From: Burkholderiaceae bacterium
Lineage (GTDB): Bacteria; Pseudomonadota; Gammaproteobacteria; Burkholderiales; Burkholderiaceae_E
Length of the DNA: 64,000 nucleotides
Assembly (NCBI GenBank): GCA_027493945.1
Contig: JAOSJU010000003.1
Coordinates: 22,078 to 86,077, forward strand
Direction: 5' to 3'
Positions 1-11,114 of this stretch are shown here, piece after piece; the stretch's first letter is position 1, and every line of letters begins with the position of its first letter. Below the pieces are notes generated by a model. It was not told where the DNA came from and did not search any database. It saw only the letters and a program-made list of their open reading frames with translations. The position numbers were made by a program, and so were the translations under genes.

Positions 1-824
1 TGCATGCCATGGTAGTGGGGAGAATCGCAAGAGATGTTTGCCAAGCCCCAGCAACCTTGCGAACAGTCGAACAGCTTGGCTCCGCCGAAGCCCTCCTCTA
101 TTTTCTTCCGCACTTCAGGTATGCCTGCTCCTGGGGCACCCGCAACGACAATCGTCTTGATCCCGAGTTCGGCCGCAGGTTTTCCGAGGATGGTCGGCGA
201 GCGCTCGATAATGAGCTCCGCCAATGATGGCGTTCCGACAAGCGCGCGCGGCCTGGTGAGGTTGGCGAACATGAGCATGCGCTCCAGACCGCCTTCGGCA
301 CCCACGGCAATGGGGCGGCAACCCATGTTGGCAAGAGCACGTACGACTGGTACTCCGGCAGACCACATGGATAGCCCAAACCCATGAAGAACGGTGTCGC
401 CCGGTCGCAAACCTGCCCGCCACCAACTCCGCGCCCAGCACTCATCGTTCAGGCGCATATCCTGCTCGGTGAATGGATAGAACGTCGGAAGGCCCGAGGT
501 ACCGGAAGTGCAGTAGATGTGCACAACCTGCTCGATCGGCGCGCAGAGGTACGTACCGTAGGGATGGCCGTACCGCTCCATCGATTCATCCTGGGCGAGA
601 CGATCTTCTTCCTTGTTGCGGAAGACGGGCAGGTTGCGGAAGTCCTCCCAGGTGCGGACGTCCTCGGGTCGGACGCCTATGACGTCGAATTTCCTCTTGA
701 AGAAGTGCGGTGAATTGTCATACAGATAAGAAATCTGTTTGCGAAGGCGCTCCACCTGCACCGATCGCACGCGATCGAGCGTAAGGCCTTCCATCGCCTC
801 GTTCCAGTATTTCCTGTCAATCAC
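1..824 (-). CDS. Phenylacetate-CoA ligase (PaaK)-family AMP-dependent ligase, 3' part runs off the window
   Basis: Not in the ORF track (no stop inside the window). Manual minus-strand translation from GTG at 824 gives MIDRKYWNEAME...HIYCTSGTSGLPT...GLRPGDTVLHGFGLSMWSAG...GAPGAGIPEVRKKIEE, with the PaaK-type P-loop TSGTSG. Start overlaps the DUF2889 stop. Confidence 0.8.
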   Translation of the reverse strand, partial: MIDRKYWNEAMEGLTLDRVRSVQVERLRKQISYLYDNSPHFFKRKFDVIGVRPEDVRTWEDFRNLPVFRNKEEDRLAQDESMERYGHPYGTYLCAPIEQVVHIYCTSGTSGLPTFYPFTEQDMRLNDECWARSWWRAGLRPGDTVLHGFGLSMWSAGVPVVRALANMGCRPIAVGAEGGLERMLMFANLTRPRALVGTPSLAELIIERSPTILGKPAAELGIKTIVVAGAPGAGIPEVRKKIEEGFGGAKLFDCSQGCWGLANISCDSPHYHGM

Positions 825-1311
825 GCGATTTGTCCTTCATTTCCCGCTCGAGCCAGTCGGGTAGTTGATGTGCCTTGGCTAATGTATGACCGGCACACTC
901 CCCCATCTCATTGCGCAAGAGTGCGAAACGTTCGTCGTCGCCTGTGGCTGCGATCTGCCGAGCTTCATCGGATTTGATGACCACCAGGGCAAATCTGCAT
1001 ATTCCTTCGGTGAGTTCGACTAGATATGGACAGCCCAACTCGCCACTGAGCGCCGAACGCAGACTCCGCACGAATCCCGGCCGGATCTCGAGGCCCTTTA
1101 CCCTGTCGAGTGCGCAAAGACTTCTTGGGCAACCCAGTGGATAGGGAACTCGGTCCATGCTGCCAGTCGCCAATACGATGCGTAATCCCCGCTTTTCGAG
1201 GACCAACCCGACGGTGATATGGTGAAAAGGGTCTTGAAGTCGTCCCTCGAGCGTAATGGTCTGTTGATCTTCGTCGATCACGTCGAACTGGAAAGTACGT
1301 CGAGCGCGCAT
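817..1311 (-). CDS. DUF2889-like protein
   Basis: 164 aa; pattern LQDPFHHI...MDRVPYPLGCP...GLEIRPGF...GELGCPYLVEL resembles DUF2889. GGAG RBS upstream. Confidence 0.65.
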   Translation of the reverse strand: MRARRTFQFDVIDEDQQTITLEGRLQDPFHHITVGLVLEKRGLRIVLATGSMDRVPYPLGCPRSLCALDRVKGLEIRPGFVRSLRSALSGELGCPYLVELTEGICRFALVVIKSDEARQIAATGDDERFALLRNEMGECAGHTLAKAHQLPDWLEREMKDKSRD

Positions 1312-1547
1312 CGGACACCGACTCCTCTATCGAGCAATCCAAGCCCGAAGTATTTCGAACGACGAACGCGATATCGAGTTCATGCGTGGGCTCGGATTTC
1401 TTCCGGTCCGATCTGAACGAACTGACCAGCCTTCATGGGCGCGCTGCCATGGAGAAATCAATTGGGCTGCACAGAGCGTGACCTGGGGCTTTCCGAAAAT
1501 GCTGCTCTCGGGAGGCGCCGCTTCTTCCCGCGCCTCCCCGCAGTTCG

Positions 1548-2624
1548 CTATACGGTCCAACCGTGCTTTTGGCAAAGCTCCTGGATCTCGGGAAGATCAT
1601 AGGCTAGGAGTTTGCCATTCAAGACGCACGGCTCATCGTCGATATACACATTTGGCGTGATCATCAGTTGATCCAAATGAACGCCCGGAAAGACCTGCAT
1701 GTCGTTGTCGATGCTGTTACCCATGGCGCAGTGCAACGTTCCGGCGCGGCGATGAGCCTCGACATGAGCAACGTCGTCGAGATGGAGTCTCGCTTTGGCA
1801 TTGGTGCCAATCATCAATTCGCCGATATGGTTCGCATCGGGCCCGAACTTCTTGACGATACCCTTGAAGAAGTCCACCACTTCGGCGTCCCCATCGAAAT
1901 CCACGACCCTTCCGCCCTTCACGACGAATTTGAGCGGGGTCTTCAGGCGTCCTTTGATGGTATGAGCCGCGTCGAAATAGAGGACCCCCTCGGAAGTCCA
2001 TTGCGGCCAAACTCCCACAACCCCGAAGCCGCCGGCGAAGTTTCCAAACCGCTCGAGCCAGGTTCCATTCTTGTGATAGGTGCCGAGGGGTCCGATGCAA
2101 CCTTCCCAGCCCACCACATATTGAGGATCCATTTTTGCCGAGAGATTGCTGCCCTTGTCGCATGTAACCGTGATCTGCTTTCCCTTCAGCCACTGGTCGC
2201 GCACGATCTGGGTTACCCGGAAGATGATCTCCGCCGGAAAACGGGCACCCTCGCACGACAATTCTTCGATATCGTAGGCGTACATACCAAGGTAGCGTGC
2301 ACCAGCGGCAATACAGGCGTTTCGCGCTTTGGTATGGCTGATGGTTATGAACAACGGAGCGATAACGATATCTGCGGCCTTCATGGCCTCGGCCACCGTG
2401 GCCGGAGGCTCCTGATTCGGGATTTCCGCGGCCTTCATGATCATTGTCGTCACCTCGGCCCCCGCTTCTCTGCAAACGCAGGCGACAGCCTCGACCCGGC
2501 GAAAGTCCGTCTTGGTGTCGGTGACAATCAGTACCTTCTCACCTTTCTTGACGTTGCCGAAGTTGATGCATGCATTGCGGGCGCCTTCCATCAGGTCACT
2601 GAGCCGAAGAGTTTCGAAAGCCAT
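1548..2624 (-). CDS. M29 aminopeptidase-like / NicX-like metalloenzyme
   Basis: Start MAFETL at ATG 2624 with GGAGG RBS. N-terminal VKKGEKVLIVTD...EPPATVAEAMKAAD...SHT and C-terminal GELMIGTN...GTLHCAMG...HLD fit the M29/NicX superfamily. Confidence 0.7.
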   Translation of the reverse strand: MAFETLRLSDLMEGARNACINFGNVKKGEKVLIVTDTKTDFRRVEAVACVCREAGAEVTTMIMKAAEIPNQEPPATVAEAMKAADIVIAPLFITISHTKARNACIAAGARYLGMYAYDIEELSCEGARFPAEIIFRVTQIVRDQWLKGKQITVTCDKGSNLSAKMDPQYVVGWEGCIGPLGTYHKNGTWLERFGNFAGGFGVVGVWPQWTSEGVLYFDAAHTIKGRLKTPLKFVVKGGRVVDFDGDAEVVDFFKGIVKKFGPDANHIGELMIGTNAKARLHLDDVAHVEAHRRAGTLHCAMGNSIDNDMQVFPGVHLDQLMITPNVYIDDEPCVLNGKLLAYDLPEIQELCQKHGWTV

Positions 2625-2721
2625 TCTGTACCTCCGGTGGAAATTCGAGATGGTGCGAAGGTTGACAGACCGTTCGGTCTCCGAGTATGGCCGAGAGGGA
2701 TGTCTCACTCGTAACTCATTA

Positions 2722-2738
2722 AGCACAATGCATGCCAA
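2722..2738 (-). promoter_or_regulatory. Putative sigma54 (-24/-12) promoter
   Basis: Minus strand TTGGCATGCATTGTGCT = GG-N10-GC, about 100 nt upstream of the M29-like gene start. Confidence 0.55.
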
Positions 2739-2899
2739 TATCCTTTCCACGTCAGGAAGTCCCTGAAATACATGAGAAAACAACGAACCCGACCATCACA
2801 GGATTCATGGGTCACGCCGCGCTCTCAACTGGATCGTCCAAAATTTGAACGCGCCATGGAAAATCCCGGACGGTCGGGGGCGAAGACACTCGAAGCGCA

Positions 2900-3340
2900 T
2901 TAGCCTGAAGTTCCACTACCCGCCGGCTGCATTTCCCCTTGTACGCCTGGTGCTTGGCGCGAGACCGGGGTTCCGGCTTCCGTCTACACGCGGATCTGCT
3001 GAACGAGGTCGAGCGCCCGATGCCGAGTGGCGGTCGGCGTGGTGACAATCTCGAACGTCGGTGCCTCGCCCCCGCGCTGGGCGGGCGGCAGGTATGGCGC
3101 ACGATCGTGGCCATATCTGCCATCAGCGTCGAGGAGCTGTGCACGGGCGTGCCGTCCTCGAAAGTGCGGAGGGCCAACTCGTCCATCGCCTGCTGCGAGC
3201 GCAGCGCGGGCGCCACCGGATCACGCACGGCCTTGGCGGCCTGATCGAGATCAGCGAATATCAGCTCGCGCCACGCCTCTCGCAGGTGCCACGCGACGTA
3301 GTAGGCGAGCATGCACAGGAAGATGTGCGCACGCGCTGCA
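2900..3340 (-). mobile_element. IS1634-family transposase C-terminal remnant
   Basis: Minus strand reads RAHIFLCMLAYYVAWHLREAWRELIFAD...RDPVAPA...DGTPVHSSSTL, the typical IS1634 C-terminus. N-terminal and catalytic parts are absent. Boundaries are approximate. Confidence 0.75.
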
Positions 3341-3444
3341 CCTCGGCTGAGAACGTGGCGCTGTCACCGCCTTCATGCAGGCATCGAGGGCAAGCCGTCG
3401 ATGTGCAGACTCAAGTCCGCGTCAGACAACAACGTCTTGACGCT

Positions 3445-4714
3445 TCACATCTCGAGCGCGCCCGCCGCCTGGTCGAGCCCGAACGCCTTGTGCAGCGCCC
3501 TGACCGCCAGCTCCATGTACTTGTCCTCGATCACCACCGAGATCTTGATCTCGCTGGTGGAGATCATCTGGATGTTGATGCCCTCTTCGGACAGCGTGCG
3601 GAACATCTGGCTGGCGATGCCCACGTGCGAGCGCATGCCGATGCCCACGGCCGAGACCTTGCAGATCTTCGGGTCGCCGACGATGTCGCCGGCCTTGATC
3701 ACCTCGCGCACCTTGCCCTCGAGCACGTCGAGCGCCCTCTGGTACTCGTTGCGATGCACGGTGAACGAGAAGTCGGTCATGCCGCCGACGCTCTGGTTCT
3801 GGATGATCATGTCGACGTCGATGTTGGCGTCGGCGATCGGCCCCGAGGATCTGGAACGCGATGCCGGGCCGGTCGGGCACGTTCATCACGGTGATCTTGG
3901 CTTCGTCGCGGCTGAATGCGATCCCGGAGATGACCGCCTGTTCCATGCTTGCGTCTTCCTCGAAGGTGATCAGGGTGCCCGAATTGGCCTCGACCTGCAG
4001 CGGAATCTCCGGCGGCGTGAGGCTCGAGAGCACGCGCGTCTTGACGTGGTACTTGCCGGCGAACTCCACCGAGCGGATCTGCAGCACCTTCGAGCCCAGG
4101 CTCGCCATCTCGAGCATTTCCTCGAAGGTGATGCGCTCGAGGCGCCGCGCCTCGGGCACGACCCGCGGGTCGGTGGTGTAGACGCCGTCGACGTCGGTGT
4201 AGATCAGGCACTCGTCGGCCTTCAGCGCCGCGGCAATCGCCACCGCCGAAGTGTCCGAGCCGCCGCGGCCCAGCGTGGTCACGTTGCCGAACTCGTCGAT
4301 GCCCCGGAAGCCGGTGACGATGACCACGCGACCGGCGTCGAGGTCGGCGCGTACGCGTGCATCGTCGATCGACAGGATGCGGGCCTTGGTATAGGCGCTG
4401 TCGGTGCGTACCGGCACCTGCCAGCCGGTGTAGCTGACCGCGTCGGTGCCCTGCGCCTTGAGGGCCATTGCCAGCAGCCCCACCGACACCTGTTCGCCGG
4501 TGGAGGCGATCATGTCGAGTTCGCGCGGATCGGGCTGCGGCTGGATCTCGCGCGCCAGCGCGATCAGCCGGTTGGTCTCGCCCGACATCGCCGAGGGCAC
4601 GACCACCATGCGATGGCCCGCGGCGCGCCACTTGGCGACGCGGCGGGCCACGTTCTGGATGCGCTCGACCGAGCCCATCGAGGTGCCGCCGTACTTGTGA
4701 ACGATCAGTGCCAT
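3445..4714 (-). CDS. lysC: Aspartate kinase (frameshift near 3841, probably sequencing error)
   Basis: MALIVHKYGGTSMGS...TTLGRGGSDTSA...YTDVDGVYTTDPR. ACT domains continue in another frame after an extra base in a G-run. Confidence 0.95.
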
Positions 4715-4764
4715 GATTGCCGGAGGATGGCGCGGCCGCCGGGCGGGCCGCGAAAAGCCCGAAA

Positions 4765-6186
4765 TTATACGGCAGGCCCCGACTCGAACGCGGCGCTGCG
4801 CGGGTCGCCGGGCTCGTCCGGACGCCAGTGCAGGCGCACGCGCTCGCCCTCGCCGGGCGGCTCCGACGCATCCATGCCAAGGCCGGCGGCGTAGATGAGG
4901 CGCTCGCCGGCGAACACCGCCGGCATCGCGGCGCGCAGCCACGGCGGCACGCCGCGCTCCTGGTAAAGGTTCTTCAGCGTGCGGCTCGGGCCGCCGTGGC
5001 GCGGCCGCAGGCGCGCGCCTGCGGGCGGCGAGCGGATCTCGAGCGGCTGCGCGGCCAGCCAGGCGGCGCCCACCGCCCCGGGCTCGTCGCTCGCGCGCAC
5101 CGCCAGCCGCCCTGCCCAGCCCGGCAGTTCGATCGCCGCTTCGCCGCGCCAGCGCAGCGCTACCGGCGGCGGCGGGTCGCGGCGCCAGTCGCGCGCGCGG
5201 GCGGGTTCGGCCGCGATGCGATCGCGATAGCGACGAAAGCGCAGCGGCGCGACCTCGACGCTCGCGCTGGCCGATCCTCCGACCAGCATCTGCGCCACCC
5301 ATTGCGCCAGCCGCGCCTGCGTGGGCATCGGCAGCGCGAGCAGGCGGAACCATTCGCGCACCGCCTCGTTGCGGCGAAACGGCGGCAGCGCGGCCAGCGT
5401 GCAACGGTCGAGCGTGCGCAGATCGGCGGTCATGCCTGCGGCCTGCAGGTCGGCCGCGGCCGCAGCGCGCAGTGCCAGGCCGGTTTCGCGCAGCAACGCG
5501 GCGCTTCGCAGCACGTTGTCGCACAGGCCCGGCACCGCGGCTGCCAGTGCCGGCAGCACCCGCGAGCGCAGCGCCGTGCGCAGCAAGGCCTCGTCGGCGT
5601 TCATCGGGTCTTCGACCCACTGCAGGTCGCGCGCCTTCGCGCAGGCCTCGATGCGGTCGCGCCCCACGCCGAGCAGCGGCCGCAGCAGCCATCCTGCGGG
5701 GCGATGCTCGGCCGGCGCCATGCCGCCGAGCGCCTCGGGGCCGCTACCGCGTGCGAGCCGCATGAACACCGTCTCGACCTGGTCGTCGGCATGGTGGGCG
5801 GTGAGCAACGCATCGCCGCGGTGGTGCGCGAGCGCCGCCCACAACGCCGCGTAGCGGGCCTCGCGCGCCCACGCCTCGATGTTCTCGCCGCGCGCGGGCG
5901 CCGGGCCCAGCCGGGTGTGACCGAAGCGCACGCCATGACGGGCGGCTTCGCGCTCGCACCAGGCCAGCCATCGGTCGGCCTCGGGCTGCAGGCCGTGGTG
6001 CACGTGCCAGGCGACCAGCGGCGCCGGCCCGCGCAGGCGCACGAGCGCGTCGAGCAGCACGGTGGAGTCGCGCCCGCCGCTGAACGCGACGAGCAGCGTC
6101 GATCGATCGGGAAGCCGACCCAGCGCCTCCGCGAGCGCCGCGTCGACCGGGGCCTCAGCCCTGCCCGATCTCCTTGAACTTGCCAT
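4765..6186 (-). CDS. tilS: tRNA(Ile)-lysidine synthetase
   Basis: [31 protein letters not shown] motifs. Start uncertain (overlaps accA end). Confidence 0.93.
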   Translation of the reverse strand: MASSRRSGRAEAPVDAALAEALGRLPDRSTLLVAFSGGRDSTVLLDALVRLRGPAPLVAWHVHHGLQPEADRWLAWCEREAARHGVRFGHTRLGPAPARGENIEAWAREARYAALWAALAHHRGDALLTAHHADDQVETVFMRLARGSGPEALGGMAPAEHRPAGWLLRPLLGVGRDRIEACAKARDLQWVEDPMNADEALLRTALRSRVLPALAAAVPGLCDNVLRSAALLRETGLALRAAAAADLQAAGMTADLRTLDRCTLAALPPFRRNEAVREWFRLLALPMPTQARLAQWVAQMLVGGSASASVEVAPLRFRRYRDRIAAEPARARDWRRDPPPPVALRWRGEAAIELPGWAGRLAVRASDEPGAVGAAWLAAQPLEIRSPPAGARLRPRHGGPSRTLKNLYQERGVPPWLRAAMPAVFAGERLIYAAGLGMDASEPPGEGERVRLHWRPDEPGDPRSAAFESGPAV

Positions 6187-7123
6187 AGTGCATGATGCGC
6201 TCGTGCCGCTGCTTGATCAGCTCCTTCGGGCTCGTGCCCTCGAACTGGCGCAGCGCGTCGGAGAGCGCGCGCTTGAGCAGTTGCGCCATGTGTGCCGGGT
6301 CGCGGTGCGCGCCGCCCACCGGCTCGCTGATGATCCGGTCGATCAGGCCCAGCGCCTTCAGGCGATGCGCCGTGATGCCCAGCGTCTCGGCGGCTTCGGG
6401 CGCCTGCGCAGCGCTCTTCCAGAGAATCGCGGCGCAGCCCTCGGGAGAGATCACCGAGTAGATCGAGTATTGCAGCATCAGCGTCAGGTCGCCCACCGCG
6501 ATCGCCAGCGCGCCGCCCGAGCCGCCCTCGCCGATCACCGTGGTGACGACCGGCACCTTCAGCGCCGCCATCTCGTACAGGTTGCGGCCGATCGCCTCGG
6601 ACTGGTTGCGCTCTTCGGCACCGATGCCGGGAAACGCACCGGGGGTGTCGACGAAGGTGAGCAGCGGCAACTCGAATTTCTCGGCGAGCTTCATCAGCCG
6701 CAGCGCCTTGCGGTAGCCCTCGGGCCGCGGCATGCCGAAGTTGCGGTAGCCGCGCTCCCGGGTGTCGCGCCCTTTCTGGTGGCCGATCACCATCACCGGC
6801 TGGCCGTTGAATCGCGCCGGCCCGCCGACGATCGCCGGGTCGTCGGCGAACTCGCGGTCGCCGTGCAGCTCGTGGAAGTCGGTGAAGATCGCCTGCACGT
6901 AGTCGAGCGTGTAGGGCCGCTGCGGATGGCGCGCGACCATCGCCACCTGCCACGGCGTGAGCTTCGCGTAGGTGTCCTTCAGCAGCGAATGGCTCTTCTT
7001 CTCGAGCCGCGCGACCTCTTCGGCAATGTCCACCGCCGAGTCTTCCTGCGCGAAGCGCAAGGCCTCGATCTTCTGTTCGAGGTCGGCAACCGATTGCTCG
7101 AAATCGAGAAACGTGGTCTTCAT
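6155..7123 (-). CDS. accA: Acetyl-CoA carboxylase carboxyltransferase alpha subunit
   Basis: [10 protein letters not shown]...ARHPQRP...GHQKGRD...[13 protein letters not shown]...[10 protein letters not shown]. Confidence 0.97.
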   Translation of the reverse strand: MKTTFLDFEQSVADLEQKIEALRFAQEDSAVDIAEEVARLEKKSHSLLKDTYAKLTPWQVAMVARHPQRPYTLDYVQAIFTDFHELHGDREFADDPAIVGGPARFNGQPVMVIGHQKGRDTRERGYRNFGMPRPEGYRKALRLMKLAEKFELPLLTFVDTPGAFPGIGAEERNQSEAIGRNLYEMAALKVPVVTTVIGEGGSGGALAIAVGDLTLMLQYSIYSVISPEGCAAILWKSAAQAPEAAETLGITAHRLKALGLIDRIISEPVGGAHRDPAHMAQLLKRALSDALRQFEGTSPKELIKQRHERIMHYGKFKEIGQG

Positions 7124-7740
7124 CAGTACTCCACCGGCAGCGGATCGAGGCTGCGCCACAAGTACCAGGTGGCGACGGTGCGCCAGGGACGCCAGGACTC
7201 CCCGAGCGCGCGGGCCTCGTCGCGCGAAACCTTCTGCCCGTCCCGATAATTGGTTCCGATGCCCCGCAACAGGCCGATGTCGTCGACGGGATAGACGTCG
7301 GGGCGCAGCAGATTGAATATCAGGAACATCTCCGCTGTCCAGCGCCCTATGCCGCGCACGCAACAGAGCTCCTCGATGATCGCCTCGTCGTCGGCCTGCG
7401 GCCAGCGGGCCGGATCGACGTCGCCGCTGACGAAACGGACAGCGAGATCCTTCAGGTATTCGGCCTTGCGGCCCGACAGGCCGCAGGCGCGCAGCGTGGC
7501 CGGGCGCATCCGCGCGACCCGCGCCGGAGCGACCTCGCCCGCCCCGGCCGCGAAGCGCTCCCAGACCGATTGCGCCGCCTTCACCGAGATCTGCTGGCCG
7601 ACGATCGAGCGCGCCAGCGTCTGGAACGCGTCGCCGCGCGACATCAGGTGCGCCGGCCCGCAGGCCCGGATGATCCGGCCCATCGTGCGGTCGCGGCGCG
7701 CGAGCGTGCGGCAGGCGTCGTCCCAGTAGTCGGGCTTCAT
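7123..7740 (-). CDS. DNA-3-methyladenine glycosylase II (AlkA family, HhH-GPD)
   Basis: [32 protein letters not shown] motifs; usual position upstream of accA. Confidence 0.9.
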   Translation of the reverse strand: MKPDYWDDACRTLARRDRTMGRIIRACGPAHLMSRGDAFQTLARSIVGQQISVKAAQSVWERFAAGAGEVAPARVARMRPATLRACGLSGRKAEYLKDLAVRFVSGDVDPARWPQADDEAIIEELCCVRGIGRWTAEMFLIFNLLRPDVYPVDDIGLLRGIGTNYRDGQKVSRDEARALGESWRPWRTVATWYLWRSLDPLPVEY

Positions 7741-8780
7741 CAGTGCCCGCGCAGCGGCAGGTTGAACAGCAGGTTCTGCGGCTTCATCCTGAGCACCCCC
7801 TGCTCGTCGGCGGCCAGCGCGAGGTAGACCGGCTTGCCGGCCACCGCCGGATCCTGGTCTTCGAGCCGCTCGAAATCGAGCCGCATCAGCAGCAGGATGC
7901 GCCGCAGTTCGTCGGGCGAAAGCCCTTGCTCACGGTACAGCCTGTCGAGCAGCGCCGAAGCCTGCGCGTCGAGCCCGACGTGCCAGCGCCAGCGCGCGTC
8001 GTCGATCGCCGAGAGGGTGGTCACGCGCACCGGCACGCCGAGCAGGTGCCCGATCCAGCGCCGCACCAGGTCGCAGAGCATCGCCGACGCGGTGCGCCCG
8101 TGCGTGATCTCGACCGCGAAGTCGTGGCGCTCGTCGCGCCCGAAATACGCGGCCGCGTTGGCGCGGTCGATCACCTCGAGGTCGGTTTCGCCCACGGCGG
8201 TCTTCGTGGGCACGTTGGCCTGCGCGAGAAGGCGGCCGATGCTTCCGAGGCCCGGATCGCCGGCGCGCGCTTCCACCGTTTCGAGGTCGGCGAGCACGAC
8301 GCGGCTGTCGACCAGCGACACACGCTGCTCGCGAAACCACAGTTCGGCCACGCGCAGCAGCAGGCCATCCTCGCTGTCGGCCAGCATGTGGTGGACGATG
8401 ATCTGCGCGAGATGCCCGACGAACAGCGGCGGCACGTCGATGCGCCCGGCCTGCTGCGCATCGGCGAAGATCGCCACGTAGGCCGCCTGCAGGTTCGGGG
8501 CGCCAAGCAGCCGGTCGCGAAAACGCAGGAACAGCCGCCAGTTCTCGCGCGCGTCGGCGTCGGCGATCGCATCGAGCCCGCCGCCGGCCGCGTCGAGCGC
8601 GCGCCGCGGCTCGGCCACGAGCGAGGCGTGCAGCGCCCGCTCGGCCGCGCACGATTCGTCGATCGGCGCGAGTTCCGGGCGCTCGAGGAAGGCGCGCAGG
8701 AACGCGTCGGTGACCCGCAGCCCTCCGTGCTCGTCGACGTCGAGCAGCGCCAGCCCCGAGTGGATCCAGAACGGCTTCAT
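7740..8780 (-). CDS. DUF6352-like protein
   Basis: FWxxSG...[29 protein letters not shown]...WRWHVGLD...[10 protein letters not shown] pattern. Confidence 0.65.
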   Translation of the reverse strand: MKPFWIHSGLALLDVDEHGGLRVTDAFLRAFLERPELAPIDESCAAERALHASLVAEPRRALDAAGGGLDAIADADARENWRLFLRFRDRLLGAPNLQAAYVAIFADAQQAGRIDVPPLFVGHLAQIIVHHMLADSEDGLLLRVAELWFREQRVSLVDSRVVLADLETVEARAGDPGLGSIGRLLAQANVPTKTAVGETDLEVIDRANAAAYFGRDERHDFAVEITHGRTASAMLCDLVRRWIGHLLGVPVRVTTLSAIDDARWRWHVGLDAQASALLDRLYREQGLSPDELRRILLLMRLDFERLEDQDPAVAGKPVYLALAADEQGVLRMKPQNLLFNLPLRGH

Positions 8781-8823
8781 GCCGCGATCGGCTGGCTCGG
8801 AGAACGCGATGCGGCGGCGCGGT

Positions 8824-10272
8824 TCACGAGCGCCGCCAGACCGTGCCGGCGGGCGTGTCCTCGAGGACGATGCCCTGCGCGGTGAGCTCGCCGCGGATGC
8901 GGTCGGCGGTGGCGAAATCGCGCGCCTTCTTCGCCGCGGCGCGCGCGGCGATCATCGCGTCGATCGCCGCGTCGTCGGGCGCGCCGGCGCCGGCACGCGC
9001 CGCGTCGCTGCCGTGCAGGCCGCTGCGCTTGACCTCCGAAGGCGCGCGCCCGAGCAGGCCGAGCAGCCCGCCTAGCCGGCGCAGCCGCGCCTCGAGCACG
9101 CGCGCCTGCGCGGCGGCATCGGCCGATCCCGATAGCGCACGCGCGCGGTTCAGTTCGCTCGCGAGATCGAACAGCACCGACAGCGCAACCGGCGTGTTGA
9201 AGTCGTCGTCCATTGCGTCGCGAAAGCGCGCCGCGTGCGGCTCCGCCCAGTCGATCGGGGCGGCGTCGGGCGGCGCGGCCGCGCCTTCGTCGGAGAGCGC
9301 GCCGTAGAGGCGCAGCAGCGCCTGGCGCGCGTCTTCCAGGTGCGCATCGGAGTAGTTGAGCGGGCTGCGGTAGTGCGCGCGCAGGATGAACAGGCGCACC
9401 ACCTCGGCGTCGAACTTCTTCAGCACCTCGCGGATCGTGAAGAAATTGCCGAGCGACTTCGACATCTTCTCGTCGTCGACGCGCACGAAGCCGTTGTGCA
9501 GCCAGTAGCGCACGAAGCGGCAGTTCAGCGCGCCTTCGCTCTGCGCGATCTCGTTCTCGTGGTGCGGGAACTGCAGGTCGGCGCCACCGCCATGAATGTC
9601 GATCGTCTTGCCCAGCAGGCTGGTGGCCATCGCCGAGCACTCGATGTGCCAGCCCGGCCGGCCGAGTCCGTAGCGCGACTCCCACTTCGCCTCGTCGGGC
9701 TCTTCGGCCTTGGCCGCCTTCCAGAGCACGAAGTCGAGCGGATCGTGCTTGGCGTCGTCGACCGCGACGCGCTCGCCGGCGCGCAGGTCGTCGAGCGACT
9801 TGCCCGACAGGCGTCCGTAGCCGGGAAACCTGCGCACCGCGTAGTTGACGTCGCCGTCGTCGGCGCGGTACGCCAGCCCGTTCTTCTCGAGCAGGTCGAT
9901 CAGCCCGAGCATCTGCGGCACGTACTGCGTGGCGCGCGGCTCGTGGTCGGGACGCTCGACGCCCAGCGCGTCGCCGTCTTCGTGCATCGCGCGGATGAAG
10001 CGCCCGGTGAGCTGCGCGATGGTCTCGCCGTTCTCCACCGCGCGACGAATGATCTTGTCGTCGATGTCGGTGATGTTGCGCACGTAGGTGAGCCGGTAGC
10101 CCGAGGCGCGCAGCCAGCGCTGCACCACGTCGAACACCACCAGCACCCGCGCGTGGCCCACGTGGCACCAGTCGTAGACCGTCATGCCGCAGACGTACAT
10201 GCGCACCTTGCCCGGCTCGAGCGGAACGAATTCTTCCTTGCTGCGCGTGAGCGAGTTGTAGAGTCGGAGCAT
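8824..10272 (-). CDS. cysS: Cysteinyl-tRNA synthetase
   Basis: [14 protein letters not shown] (HIGH), [17 protein letters not shown]. Confidence 0.97.
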   Translation of the reverse strand: MLRLYNSLTRSKEEFVPLEPGKVRMYVCGMTVYDWCHVGHARVLVVFDVVQRWLRASGYRLTYVRNITDIDDKIIRRAVENGETIAQLTGRFIRAMHEDGDALGVERPDHEPRATQYVPQMLGLIDLLEKNGLAYRADDGDVNYAVRRFPGYGRLSGKSLDDLRAGERVAVDDAKHDPLDFVLWKAAKAEEPDEAKWESRYGLGRPGWHIECSAMATSLLGKTIDIHGGGADLQFPHHENEIAQSEGALNCRFVRYWLHNGFVRVDDEKMSKSLGNFFTIREVLKKFDAEVVRLFILRAHYRSPLNYSDAHLEDARQALLRLYGALSDEGAAAPPDAAPIDWAEPHAARFRDAMDDDFNTPVALSVLFDLASELNRARALSGSADAAAQARVLEARLRRLGGLLGLLGRAPSEVKRSGLHGSDAARAGAGAPDDAAIDAMIAARAAAKKARDFATADRIRGELTAQGIVLEDTPAGTVWRRS

Positions 10273-10363
10273 GGGTCGGAGCCGGTCGGATCGCCGCGCG
10301 CGGCCGGCTGCAGGGCGCAAGGCTGCGGGCGGCCGGCACGGCTCGATTGGCTAGAATGCGCGG

Positions 10364-11114
10364 ATGCGATCGAGTATAGCAGCGTCGACCCTGCTTTTTG
10401 CCGCCTTCGCCGCTCTCTGCGCGTGGGGCGCGCCCGCGGCACGGGCGCAGGACATCGCCACGCCTGCGCCCGCCGCCGCCCCGACACCCGCCGCCGCGAC
10501 ACCCGCCACCGCCGCGACGCTCGCCGCGACCGCGCCGGAGCAGGCCGCCGGGCCCCGCGCCGCCACCGCCGCGCTCGAGTCCGCGCGCAAGCTGTTCGCC
10601 GAGCATCGCAACGAAGAGGCGCTCGCGGCGATCGACGCCGGCCTGAAGGCCGTGCCGCACGACCTCCAGTTGCGCTTCGAGCGCGGCGTGGTGCTCGCCG
10701 ACAGCGGACGCAGCGACGAGGCGATCGGAAACCTTCGAGGCACTCACGCAGGAATTCCCGGAGTTGCCCGAGCCGCACAACAACCTGGCCGCGCTGTACG
10801 CGGCGCGCGGCGAACTCGACCGCGCCCGCGCGGCGCTCGAAGAGGCGGTGCGCGCGCTGCCCACGTACTCGCTGGCCAACGAGAACCTCGGCGACATCCA
10901 CCTGCGGCTGGCCGAGCGCGCCTACCAGCGCGCCGTGCGCGCCGACGCGGGCAATCGCGCCGCGCGCGAGAAGCTCGCGCTGGCCCGCGAACTGACCTCG
11001 AAGATCTCGCCCACCGGCAGCCGCCCGGCGATTGCACCCGCCCCGGCGGCGCCCGCCGCTGCCGTGCCGGCAGCACCCGGTGTCCCAGCTTCACGTCCCC
11101 CACGGAGCCCATGA
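10364..11114 (+). CDS. Exported tetratricopeptide-repeat protein (frameshift near 10728)
   Basis: Signal peptide, then TPR ...EAI|ETFEALTQEFPELPEPHNNLAALYA...ENLGDI across a +1 indel. Conserved position between cysS and ppi. Confidence 0.8.
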
